From the IMG/VR virus record IMGVR_UViG_3300022929_000037, positions 1 through 54,131 of that record: a stretch of 54,131 nucleotides of DNA. The stretch is one strand, 5' to 3'. This DNA is from a virus (lineage: Duplodnaviria > Caudoviricetes). Below the pieces are notes generated by a model. That model worked only from the letters and a program-made list of their open reading frames with translations. It did no database searches and was not told where the DNA came from. The stretch's first letter is position 1; each line of letters begins with the position of its first letter. Position numbers and translations under genes: made by a program. Positions 7,903-16,890 of this stretch are shown here, in pieces.

Positions 7903-8828
7903 AGCATTTCTCCTATTATTTCATCGATTGTTTTGGTTGGCTTCCAACCAATATGTGTGTTAATCTTAGTAATGTCTGGCACTCTTCTAGAAACATCCTC
8001 AAATCCCTTGCCATATGCTATGTCATAGTCTATAAATTGTACCCCAGACATAGACCTAGTAATCTTAATGACTTGATCCGCTAGGGACAAGATTGATGTC
8101 TCTTCATTGCCACCAATGTTGTAGGTTTCTCCGAATCTACCACTTTGCGTTAGTGCATATATTGCAGCAGCTGTATCCTCGACATGGCAAAAGGACCTAG
8201 TCTGAAGTCCTGAGCCATATATGGAAATGTCTTGGCCAGATGTTGCCTGCTTAATAAATCTAGGCAACACCATTCCATATTCTGTGTTTTGATTAGGGCC
8301 AACTGTATTAAAGATACGACCAGTAATAAACTTTAAGCCATTATTTTTTGCATAGTGCGATGCCAAGGACTCACCCAAGGCCTTTGACTGTGCATACGTC
8401 CATCTGGGACTTGTTGGTGTGCCAAAGATACTGTCTGTATCCTCTGTAAATGGCACAGCCATATTCTTACCATAAACCTCTGAGGTTGAAGCAAAGAAAA
8501 CAGGCTTGTTAAAAGATGATGCTGTTCGAAATACCATGTCGGCATTGTTGACATTGTTGTGTATAATTTTTGGGCAATTGTCCATAGTATTGTGAACCCC
8601 AATGCTAGCAGCTAGATGAATAATATAGTCAACTTCCCTGGCCTCAGCAATAAATGACTCATAGTTTGCAATGTCAAATGGCATGAGTCTAGCACTAGTT
8701 CCAGCAAGATTATCTTTATTACCAGAAACAAGGCTGTCCATTATAACAACCTCGTGTGAGTTTTGCTCTAAAAGCTTAACAAGACTAGAGCCTATAAACC
8801 CTGCTCCACCTGTCACCAAGTATTTCAT
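7899..8828 (-). CDS. NAD-dependent sugar epimerase / UDP-uronate decarboxylase-like SDR
   Basis: TGGAGFIG, STSEVYG, RWTYAQSK (YxxxK), QTRSFCHV, RRVPD. Confidence 0.9.
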   Translation of the reverse strand: MKYLVTGGAGFIGSSLVKLLEQNSHEVVIMDSLVSGNKDNLAGTSARLMPFDIANYESFIAEAREVDYIIHLAASIGVHNTMDNCPKIIHNNVNNADMVFRTASSFNKPVFFASTSEVYGKNMAVPFTEDTDSIFGTPTSPRWTYAQSKALGESLASHYAKNNGLKFITGRIFNTVGPNQNTEYGMVLPRFIKQATSGQDISIYGSGLQTRSFCHVEDTAAAIYALTQSGRFGETYNIGGNEETSILSLADQVIKITRSMSGVQFIDYDIAYGKGFEDVSRRVPDITKINTHIGWKPTKTIDEIIGEML

Positions 8829-9928
8829 ATTCCCTCGCTTACGTCTAGAAGATCAACATCGTATGTTGGTTGTGCACTATGCTTTATGACAATTACGCCT
8901 AGGTCTGTTTTAGGTTTAAGTTTTGAAGAATTATCGTATACATCAATGCCATATGCCTCAACGCCTAGGTCAGTCAGCTTGTCAAGAACTTTTTGTCCAA
9001 CAGAGTTGTTCTGACTTGGATGATTGGGTTTATAAGACATTCCTATAACTGCAATTCTTTTATTCTTTATACTGCCAAGAGTTTTTTCAATCTTGCTCAC
9101 AATACGATCTGGTGCACTATCGTTATAAGCCAATGCTTGCTCTATGAGTGGGACACTTCCTATGCTACTAAGAAGATAGGCTGGGTCCACTGGTATGCAA
9201 TCTCCTCCAATACCAGCACTTGGATAGAAAGGCATAAAACCAAATGGCTTTGTCGCTGCAAGGCTTACTACGCTAGAAGTATCTATCCCATTGTTTTGGC
9301 ATGCCTCATTAAATTGATTAATTAGGGCAATGTTGACTAACCTATAAGAGTTTTCTAGAAGCTTTGCGGCTTCTGCTTGTTCCAGGGTCTCGGCTAGCTT
9401 AGTGGTAGACACCAATGTCTGATAAAACTCATTAGCTATAGCCCTGTCTACGGATGTTAGGCCTGCAACTATTCTGCTAATATCAGAATACTTGAGGGAG
9501 CTGCCTGGGTTAATTCTTTCTGGAACATGAGCTAAATAAAAGGTATCTCTGTTGGTAAGTTTATTAAGCATTGGTAGAATCTTTGTTCTAGTAAAGCCCA
9601 GACCTACTGTAGACTCAATAACAACTAATGTCCTAGAACAGATAAAGGGCCCAGCACCCTCGATGGCAGACTTGATGTTAGAATAGTCTGGTTTATTATT
9701 TTTAAGATTGGTTGGTACAGCAAAGACAACAACGTCACAACACTGCAGATCAGAGTATTTAGTTGTTGCCTTATAGTTTTTATCAGCAAACTTTTTATTT
9801 AGTTGTTGTGTCAGTTTTTGGTTAGTATCAATACCATGCACTTCATAGCCAGCATCTAGGCAGGCGGTAGCAAGCTCTTGACCCACATACCCCTGACCCA
9901 CAATGCCAACCGACTTAAAACTATACAA
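8825..9928 (-). CDS. UDP-N-acetylhexosamine dehydrogenase (WecC/WbpA-like)
   Basis: GQGYVG, VPT, IESTV, PERINPG, KLLENSYR, GIGGDCIPVDP. Confidence 0.85.
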   Translation of the reverse strand: MYSFKSVGIVGQGYVGQELATACLDAGYEVHGIDTNQKLTQQLNKKFADKNYKATTKYSDLQCCDVVVFAVPTNLKNNKPDYSNIKSAIEGAGPFICSRTLVVIESTVGLGFTRTKILPMLNKLTNRDTFYLAHVPERINPGSSLKYSDISRIVAGLTSVDRAIANEFYQTLVSTTKLAETLEQAEAAKLLENSYRLVNIALINQFNEACQNNGIDTSSVVSLAATKPFGFMPFYPSAGIGGDCIPVDPAYLLSSIGSVPLIEQALAYNDSAPDRIVSKIEKTLGSIKNKRIAVIGMSYKPNHPSQNNSVGQKVLDKLTDLGVEAYGIDVYDNSSKLKPKTDLGVIVIKHSAQPTYDVDLLDVSEGI

Positions 9929-9931
9929 GTA

Positions 9932-10114
9932 TTAATAACCTTCCTCATGGGTTACGCCATGCTTGTCATCAATATACTTGTGTGCTTTACGCAATGCCCT
10001 GCTTCTTGCAAACACATAGGTTGCAAGAACAAACACACCATTCCAGAAAAACTCTGCAATAATATGCTCATACCCAAACATTACCTCAAGCAGATGCTCT
10101 ATTTCGTGTGCCAC
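9932..10114 (-). CDS. small membrane protein
   Basis: One hydrophobic segment; overlaps upstream gene end. Confidence 0.55.
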   Translation of the reverse strand: MAHEIEHLLEVMFGYEHIIAEFFWNGVFVLATYVFARSRALRKAHKYIDDKHGVTHEEGY

Positions 10115-10298
10115 GAATTATTCCTTCCAGCTTAAACCAAGCCATAGAGACCTGGCCGTTCTTTTGATATTGACTTAGTTCTGCAAGAATACGGTCTTGC
10201 TCTTTGAGTTGCCCTGCAGTATACGCATCAGCAACAAACTTCATGTCTTCTTTAGTCTTAGCCATTGCTAAACCCACTCCATACTCATATTGTCCCAC
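10086..10298 (-). CDS. hypothetical protein
   Basis: TTGACA(10333-10328)-17-TATAAT(10310-10305), GTG 6 nt downstream. Confidence 0.65.
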   Translation of the reverse strand: MGQYEYGVGLAMAKTKEDMKFVADAYTAGQLKEQDRILAELSQYQKNGQVSMAWFKLEGIIRGTRNRASA

Positions 10299-10337
10299 TC
10301 AACCATTATACTCCTAATAAAAATGATTGTCAAGCAC

Positions 10338-11033
10338 TTAGTGCAAAACCAGCGTAAACGGTTCTGGGAAATGCATTTTATGCTTATCGTATAACTCTGA
10401 TGCCCTACACCTATAAGTTTTTGCAGAAGGTTTGCCCATGCTGTGTAAGATTGTTGCCCATCTATCTCCACCAAATATATCCGCAATTTCACTAAAGACT
10501 ACCTTCGCCCATTCTAAATCTGGAATAACAATAAAAAGTATAATTGGCATTTCTTGTGAAATTGTTTTAAGACTCTGAATCTTTTTAGAGTAATCTTCCC
10601 ACTTAACAATTACGCCACCAAAGAAAAACATGTCGCTTGTAATTCCAGATAATACTATTGCAGACAGTAGAGATGAAGTGTTTGGGGTTATCCCGATGTG
10701 AATGTTTTTGGCAACAAGATAGCGAATGAGTCCCCCATATGGGTCAACTATATTGGGGAATCCATCATCACTAATAATTACAATATTTTTATCTATATTA
10801 TTTTCTATGTATGCCATAGAGGTTTGAAGGTCAACCTGGACTGATCCTGAGTCCAAAGTTTCAGCTACATAGAACATCTTTTTGTTGCTAGTATCTACCC
10901 CTAGCTCACCCATCACAAAATCAACTGTTGGCTTTGTTTCACAGAACATGATATCTGCATTACGAAATAACTCTATTTGCTCTGCAGAAAAACCATTTGG
11001 TGTAGTGCTAAAAGATGATAGTGTAACTGGCAC
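10338..11033 (-). CDS. RsmI-like tetrapyrrole-methylase-fold SAM methyltransferase, paralog 1
   Basis: ADIMFCE, ISDDGFPNIVDP (cf. RsmI VSDAGTPxIxDP), SAIVLSG, FFFGG. Confidence 0.7.
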   Translation of the reverse strand: MPVTLSSFSTTPNGFSAEQIELFRNADIMFCETKPTVDFVMGELGVDTSNKKMFYVAETLDSGSVQVDLQTSMAYIENNIDKNIVIISDDGFPNIVDPYGGLIRYLVAKNIHIGITPNTSSLLSAIVLSGITSDMFFFGGVIVKWEDYSKKIQSLKTISQEMPIILFIVIPDLEWAKVVFSEIADIFGGDRWATILHSMGKPSAKTYRCRASELYDKHKMHFPEPFTLVLH

Positions 11034-11034
11034 G

Positions 11035-11256
11035 TTATGCTGCTAACTGACTCAACCTATCGGGCTGGAACCCTGCCCACGAGTCGTTCTCAGTAATTAC
11101 TACTGGTGCTGAAGAAAAGCCCATACCCAAGATCATGTCAAGGGCAGTTGGGTCTTGGGTGATGTCTACCGTATTATACTCAACTCCTGCCTTGTCCAAA
11201 TACCTCTTTGTCATATCGCACTGCACGCATGCTGGCTTAGTATAAATTGTAGTCAT
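11035..11256 (-). CDS. nrdH: NrdH glutaredoxin-like protein
   Basis: CVQC, APVV, WAGFQPD. Confidence 0.92.
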   Translation of the reverse strand: MTTIYTKPACVQCDMTKRYLDKAGVEYNTVDITQDPTALDMILGMGFSSAPVVITENDSWAGFQPDRLSQLAA

Positions 11257-11345
11257 TGTTCCTCCATTTTTTAAAATTTATAAACACTATTATACAGAAT
11301 AGTTAATTAAAAGTAAATATTATATATTACAAAGTTATAACAAAC

Positions 11346-12332
11346 TTAAAATATATCTCTAATTCTAGTTACTTTAGTGTGGTCTTTACCGAAGTCAGAG
11401 AACAGTGCCTTGTCTGTCTCTCTCTGAACAATCTTTCTTGACCAAGAGTATCCTGCATCTCCGCCCCAAGCTAGCCACATGACGTATCCCTTAGATGGGT
11501 TGGCCGAGTTACCCCAGTCCTTACCCTTCTTGTCTACCTCATGGCGTGAGAAGTAGGAATACATTCTCTTTACAGTGCTTAGCGAGAGCGTCTCTCCATT
11601 AGCCAGCTGTCTAGCTCTAGTCCATCCCACGGCAGTGCCTGCTCCCTTAGCCTTACCGTCTTCCTTAAACTTAATCGCTTTACGAGCTGCGGACCTGGCA
11701 CCAGCAGGAGGAGAGTATCCTTCAGCCTTGCCCAAAATATCGTTCTCATAAACTACATCATCTCCATCTTCCCATAGATCATCAGCCTTATTAGCTGGGA
11801 CACAGTTTGGAACCATGCGTCCATCTTTTTCTTTCATGCCTCTCTGGACATAGCCTTCCCAGCATGCCTTATCCATGCTAGAGCAATACTTGCAGTCTTC
11901 ACAGGCAATACCTTCAGACTTGCAGGTCTCACAACCACAGTCAGCTTTGCCAAGGCCTGGCTCTTCATTACTTCTACCTACAGTTTCCCAGATAGAATCA
12001 CTTTTAATTTCATTAGACATACTCGTATCTCCCGTTTTCGTCTTTGGCACTGGGGTTACGAACTCTTCTTCAGAAGCTGGGTGTGGCTGTCCAGTTGCAG
12101 ATGGCATTCCATTTGCGTCCGTCAGTGACTTCTCTGGCCACTCCTCTGGATTCTTAATCCCTACGTTTTCATTAGTAACTTCAGCCTTTTCTTCAGACTG
12201 ATTGATAGCATAAATTTGTGCCTGAGCCTCTTCAGCGGTGCTGTGGCAACCCATTACGGTTTTGTCATCATCTTTGAGCACAGGGTAGCCACTACATCCG
12301 TAGCTTCCCTTTGCCCCAACACTATAAGGCAC
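11346..12332 (-). CDS. modular phage hypothetical protein, possibly head-associated
   Basis: Short modules (GCHST..., CWEGY...VPNCVP, RARQLANG...WLAWGGDAG) separated by acidic linkers. Confidence 0.55.
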   Translation of the reverse strand: MPYSVGAKGSYGCSGYPVLKDDDKTVMGCHSTAEEAQAQIYAINQSEEKAEVTNENVGIKNPEEWPEKSLTDANGMPSATGQPHPASEEEFVTPVPKTKTGDTSMSNEIKSDSIWETVGRSNEEPGLGKADCGCETCKSEGIACEDCKYCSSMDKACWEGYVQRGMKEKDGRMVPNCVPANKADDLWEDGDDVVYENDILGKAEGYSPPAGARSAARKAIKFKEDGKAKGAGTAVGWTRARQLANGETLSLSTVKRMYSYFSRHEVDKKGKDWGNSANPSKGYVMWLAWGGDAGYSWSRKIVQRETDKALFSDFGKDHTKVTRIRDIF

Positions 12333-12568
12333 TATGCATTATCCTTCTTATTATCTGTTTTTGCACCAAAATAGCCACCGATGATACCAATGACACCACC
12401 AAGGGCAGTCTGTACCAAAGTCATAACATCAGCAGAAACGTCTACTGGTTCTCCTGTGGTAGCGGTTTCAATCCCTGCAACTACGTAGTCACCTATGATT
12501 GCAATGATGATGGCAGCCATAACACCAGCTGCAAGCACAAACATGATCTTTTCTTTTAGCGAATTCAT
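12332..12568 (-). CDS. two-TM membrane protein
   Basis: Two hydrophobic helices, basic C-terminus; TATAAT 7 nt upstream. Confidence 0.65.
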   Translation of the reverse strand: MNSLKEKIMFVLAAGVMAAIIIAIIGDYVVAGIETATTGEPVDVSADVMTLVQTALGGVIGIIGGYFGAKTDNKKDNA

Positions 12569-12576
12569 GAAAACCA

Positions 12577-13284
12577 TTATAACATAGATTCTGGGTGTAT
12601 GACCAGGGTAAATGGATCTGGAAAATGCTTTGAATGCTTAGAGAAAAGCTCTGATGCCTTGCATCTATAGGTTCTGGCATTCAACTCTCCCATATTGTGC
12701 ATTATTGTAGACATTCTGTCAGGGCCAAAGGTATCAGATATGCTATCAAATAAGGGCTTAGATTTTTCTAAATTATCTACCACTATAAGCAGTATAGTCG
12801 GCATCTCTAGAGAAATATTTTTCAAAAGGGCCAGCCTATCTGAATAGTCTTCCCACCTAACCAAAATCCCACCAAATACAAATGCATTGCCATCTATCCC
12901 AGACAATATTGTTGCTGACATCACAGCCGAAATGTTTGGTGTTATGTCTACCTGTATATTTTTTTCTACTAACAAGGCTATAACCCCAGCATATGGATCT
13001 GTTATATTCGGAAAACCTTCATCACTTACGATTACTATATTTTGATTAATATTATTTAATATAATATCTAGTGCATCGTAATCATCCAAGAAATGGTCCT
13101 CGCCCACAGATTGAATTGTTGAAATAATTCTTTTACCTTCTATGTCTATCCCAAGCTTATCCATCACTTCTGTAAAACGATCATGTGTTTCACAAAATAC
13201 TATGTCGGCATTTGCAAATAGCTCAACTTGTTCTTGAGAAAAGGCTTTAGGATATAGGCTAAATGATGATACGGTTATGCTCAT
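12577..13284 (-). CDS. RsmI-like SAM methyltransferase, paralog 2
   Basis: VSDEGFPNITDP; shares WEDYS, TYRCxASEL, HFPxPFTLV with 10338..11033. Confidence 0.7.
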   Translation of the reverse strand: MSITVSSFSLYPKAFSQEQVELFANADIVFCETHDRFTEVMDKLGIDIEGKRIISTIQSVGEDHFLDDYDALDIILNNINQNIVIVSDEGFPNITDPYAGVIALLVEKNIQVDITPNISAVMSATILSGIDGNAFVFGGILVRWEDYSDRLALLKNISLEMPTILLIVVDNLEKSKPLFDSISDTFGPDRMSTIMHNMGELNARTYRCKASELFSKHSKHFPDPFTLVIHPESML

Positions 13285-14906
13285 AGCAAAATCACCCTTT
13301 TAATTTCTGGGCAATACAAATATTTAATTCCAGATTCTTTACAAGTTCTGATTGCATCGTCCATATTGCGAACAAGCGTGTCTCCTGCTAGATTAAAAGA
13401 TGTATTCAACAACATAGGAACTCCAGCAATAATTCCAAACTCTCTTATAAGGTGGTAGTAGTGAGCATTATCCTTGATAGATACTGTTTGAATTCGTGAT
13501 GTTCCATCATTATGCTGAAGTGCTGGAACTATATCTTTTTTATCTTTAAGAGTTTCTACGGCATACATCATATGTGGACTGTCGCTCAGGGTCGCTAGGT
13601 CAAACCACTCGCTTGCCTTATTAACCAATACACTTCCAGCAAATGGCCTAAAGAATTCTCTCTTTTTAATTTTGTTAACCTTGTCTCTACCATCTGGGTC
13701 TCTTGGGTCATAGAGTATTGACCTATTCCCCAGAGCCCTAGGTCCAGACTCTTCTTTGCCCTGGTAGAGTGCTACAATGTTTTGGTCTGCTAGTAGTTGA
13801 GCAACATCCTTGTAGGACACCTCCTTTGACTCTACACCAATTGGGATATCGTAGTTTGCGTGCTCCCCCAAGTAAAGTAAGTTAATTGGCTTTACAGATT
13901 TTTCAGTAAGCTTTGTGTATAGGTATTGTGCAGCACCTATAGAAGTTCCAGAGTCACTAGAGTTTGGCTCAACATAAAAGTTAATGTCTGGAAATTCTTT
14001 TAAATATTTATAATTATTTACACAATTTAGGAAGTATCCACCACTTAGACATATATTTGTGTTGCCCCAAAATGACAGTGCTTTACGAATAAGGCGAGCG
14101 GTAAACTCAAATGAGTCTGTTTGTGTCCTATAAGCAAGGTCCTCGTTAGATAGGTCTGAGTCTAGAATTGCTGGGTTTGCACCCTCTTCATCGAAAGCCC
14201 GTGGGTGTTCTGGGTTATCAGAGCCGTAGGCAGAGAGGCCCATGACCTTTCCTGCATTATGATAAGAGCCAAATATCTTAATACCTACAGCTGAGAATAG
14301 CTTTCCCAAGCTCATATTTCTGTCATATACAGTATAGTTGCAACCAATATCAGATAGGTCTTGGGAGCATTTCGAAAAATATGGCATGTGGCCTAGCTCC
14401 TCCTGGTATTCCTCATACTGATCTTTGTCAAACTGCTTGATAAGGTTCTTGTGAGTTGCAATAATGTTTGTTTGACGGGCAATATACATTGTTTCAGACT
14501 CTCTATATAAAGTTTCTTCGTCATAGAACGCCTGCCCAGCACCGTCAATAACCAGGACAGCTGCTTCGTCAAACTTGGAGTTATTAAATGCAACAGTTGC
14601 ATGGGCCAGATGGTGGTCTTTCATCCAATGTGCTTTTGGCATGCTGGGGCTTTCAAAATGTTTTTGTTTGCCACAAGCAAATAGCAATGTATTTAGCAGC
14701 ATCTCGGCATTGAGATCATATGGAAATGCCCCAACAAAAATTACATGGTTAGGCTCTAGTTCAATTCCTTTTGCAAAGCTATGCAAAACACCAGTAGTAT
14801 GTTTTTGATGAGTAACACGCTCCTCTTCTTGGTAAAAGATTATCTTACCATCCTCAATTACGCACACACTGCCGTCGTGCGATAGGTTGACACCCATTAT
14901 TTTCAT
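13281..14906 (-). CDS. carbamoyltransferase (NodU/CmcH family)
   Basis: SHDGS, EER, HHLAHA, GKVMGLSAYG, GPRALGNRS, KREFFRPFA, LNTSFN. Confidence 0.92.
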   Translation of the reverse strand: MKIMGVNLSHDGSVCVIEDGKIIFYQEEERVTHQKHTTGVLHSFAKGIELEPNHVIFVGAFPYDLNAEMLLNTLLFACGKQKHFESPSMPKAHWMKDHHLAHATVAFNNSKFDEAAVLVIDGAGQAFYDEETLYRESETMYIARQTNIIATHKNLIKQFDKDQYEEYQEELGHMPYFSKCSQDLSDIGCNYTVYDRNMSLGKLFSAVGIKIFGSYHNAGKVMGLSAYGSDNPEHPRAFDEEGANPAILDSDLSNEDLAYRTQTDSFEFTARLIRKALSFWGNTNICLSGGYFLNCVNNYKYLKEFPDINFYVEPNSSDSGTSIGAAQYLYTKLTEKSVKPINLLYLGEHANYDIPIGVESKEVSYKDVAQLLADQNIVALYQGKEESGPRALGNRSILYDPRDPDGRDKVNKIKKREFFRPFAGSVLVNKASEWFDLATLSDSPHMMYAVETLKDKKDIVPALQHNDGTSRIQTVSIKDNAHYYHLIREFGIIAGVPMLLNTSFNLAGDTLVRNMDDAIRTCKESGIKYLYCPEIKRVILL

Positions 14907-15484
14907 TGTACTGTATTACCTAACTTAAATACTTCGGCACTAGCTGTTTCAATAAATGACCCCCTCCAGGCATCGTGATGAATGATACCAGAATACCAGC
15001 TAAAACCAATAAAATCCTTGTATATGTTTATTGAGCTAATCTTTTCATCTGTATAACTACTGATGTCAACAAAAATTTCTGGCTCAAATTGAGAATATTT
15101 ATTGTGGTATGGATGAGATGACATATACCAAAGTTCTTTAGGCTGCTTTCTTGCCAAGATATTTCCTAGCTCGTAACATGCTCGATGATCTTGATGCCAG
15201 TCCTCTTTCCAATGAGTTATTATTCTATTAATATTAAGATTTTCGATAGCATCCTCAACATCTTTAACTAAGCTAGAAGACACAATCAGATCTCTTTTGT
15301 TTCCAATATCGACAATATTAAATCCTAGGTTTTCTGCAGACTTGGTAAGCAAATCTTTTTGAGGAACTTCGGTAACCATCACCATATTGAAAACAGTATG
15401 TCCCTCTGCTATCCAGCGAGCTACGCTGCCTCCACAAGACATCTCTAGGTCATCGGGATGTGCAGACAAAACTAAAATATTCAT
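14903..15484 (-). CDS. PIG-L/LmbE family N-deacetylase
   Basis: AHPDDLEMSCGG, HQDH; TATAAT 7 nt upstream of MNILV. Confidence 0.88.
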   Translation of the reverse strand: MNILVLSAHPDDLEMSCGGSVARWIAEGHTVFNMVMVTEVPQKDLLTKSAENLGFNIVDIGNKRDLIVSSSLVKDVEDAIENLNINRIITHWKEDWHQDHRACYELGNILARKQPKELWYMSSHPYHNKYSQFEPEIFVDISSYTDEKISSINIYKDFIGFSWYSGIIHHDAWRGSFIETASAEVFKLGNTVQ

Positions 15485-15528
15485 GAATTTAATTATACCA
15501 GAAACAAAATAGGGTATAATTGTTATAC

Positions 15529-15780
15529 ATGTCAATATTTGCAGAGTTTCAAGCATACAAAGAAAAGCTGGGGTGCCATGACTGCAAGGTTATGTATCCC
15601 CACTACATTTTAGAGTTTGACCACAGAGAGGGCAAGCTCAAAATTGATAACGTTAATCGTGTTTTGAAAAGGTATGGCAGAGATGCTGCATGGGAAGAAG
15701 CAAGGAAGTGTGACGTTGTGTGCTCAAACTGTCACAAGCAGCGAACATATGAAAGAGAGATAGCACGTGTTAATAGATGA
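15529..15780 (+). CDS. HNH endonuclease-like protein
   Basis: CHDC, LEFDH, KCDVVCSNCH. Confidence 0.75.
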   Translation: MSIFAEFQAYKEKLGCHDCKVMYPHYILEFDHREGKLKIDNVNRVLKRYGRDAAWEEARKCDVVCSNCHKQRTYEREIARVNR

Positions 15781-16336
15781 TAATTTTTTAAGTGAGCAGT
15801 CAATCCTGGATGTTTATAGCAGGGTTCTAGACAACGGCCATGACATACCCTGGACTCTAGCCTATAGCACTAACATGAAGTCAGACCCTGAAGGCTATGT
15901 TAAAGAGACTTCTGCAGTAAAGGAGTCTTACCAATTTGCGGCTGGGCTTATGCCTAATACCGTTGCGTATAATTATTTTTGGAAAGTGTTTCATGAGTTT
16001 GCCACAAAGCATAACATCTCATATACTAGGATACTAAGGGCTAAGCTTAACTGGCTTCCCAGATCAGCTGATGCTAGCCCAGAAGATTACCATACGCCAC
16101 ACGTTGACTCAGATGAAGAGCATAAAGTATTCCTTTATTACCTAAACAGCTCCGATGGCGATACCTTTTTCTTTAACGAAACATACCCCCTCGAAGAAGG
16201 AAGTGAGCTGACCCTAAACCAAAGGGTAAGTCCAAAGGCTGGCAGGGGCGTAGTTTTTGATGGAAACATCTATCATGCGTCCTCATCCCCGATTGATTCA
16301 AATCACAGGTGTATTTTAAATATAGACTTTATATAA
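15767..16336 (+). CDS. 2OG-Fe(II) oxygenase
   Basis: PHVD, LYYLNSSDGDT, FDGNIYHASSSP, R-x-ILN. Confidence 0.82.
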   Translation: MLIDDNFLSEQSILDVYSRVLDNGHDIPWTLAYSTNMKSDPEGYVKETSAVKESYQFAAGLMPNTVAYNYFWKVFHEFATKHNISYTRILRAKLNWLPRSADASPEDYHTPHVDSDEEHKVFLYYLNSSDGDTFFFNETYPLEEGSELTLNQRVSPKAGRGVVFDGNIYHASSSPIDSNHRCILNIDFI

Positions 16337-16339
16337 AAA

Positions 16340-16427
16340 TCCCCCACACAGGAACCTTGGCGTAGCCCAGTCAAATGGGTAACTAATCCATCCTAAGGTA
16401 GGCACCCCTTGCCCGTGTGTGGGGGAC
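16340..16427 (-). ncRNA. candidate structured small RNA
   Basis: Own TATAAT (16439-16434), perfect 11 bp closing stem, internal stems, U-tract at end; family not recognised. Confidence 0.55.
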
Positions 16428-16441
16428 TATTTAATTATACA

Positions 16442-16837
16442 CTACTTAATCTCAATTTGCTTTGGCTTCATGTCCTCTGGCATATTGTTGTGTAGATCAA
16501 TGTAAAGAATGCCGTCATATGCTGAGGCTTCTGTTACCTCAAAATATTCTGGCAGAGAGAACGAGCGAACAAACTTACGAGTAGCAATGCCCTTGTAAAT
16601 GTATTCGTCTTCGCTTCCTAGCTTCTCACCCTTTACGGTGAGGATACCACGCTCTACAGAAATATCTAGCTCACCACGGCCAAAGCCAGCAACAGCGAAC
16701 TCCATTACGAAGTGGTTGTCGTTTACCTTCTTGACGTTGTAAGGTGGGTAGTTTGTTTTCTGTAGTGGTGCATTAAACATTCTGTCAATTTCCTGATTGA
16801 ATGTTGCAAATGGATCCTTCATATATAGCGATACCAT
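16442..16837 (-). CDS. small heat shock protein (Hsp20/IbpA-like)
   Basis: YPPYN, AVAGF, YKGIATRKFVRSF, DGIL, KPKQIEI. Confidence 0.93.
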   Translation of the reverse strand: MVSLYMKDPFATFNQEIDRMFNAPLQKTNYPPYNVKKVNDNHFVMEFAVAGFGRGELDISVERGILTVKGEKLGSEDEYIYKGIATRKFVRSFSLPEYFEVTEASAYDGILYIDLHNNMPEDMKPKQIEIK

Positions 16838-16884
16838 GTTTGTCCTCCTTTATAAGCGACTTGTGCTCCCCAATTGGGCAAGCA
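16838..16884 (-). promoter_or_regulatory. ROSE-like RNA thermometer in hsp20 leader
   Basis: 5' hairpin then GUCGCUUAUAAAGGAGGAC where UCGCU opposes the SD; TATAAT at 16895-16890. Confidence 0.6.
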
Positions 16885-16890
16885 TATATA

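Noticed and set aside
15529-15780. HNH gene as a mobile intron
   Set aside because: Free-standing, short, own promoter, and interrupts no gene.
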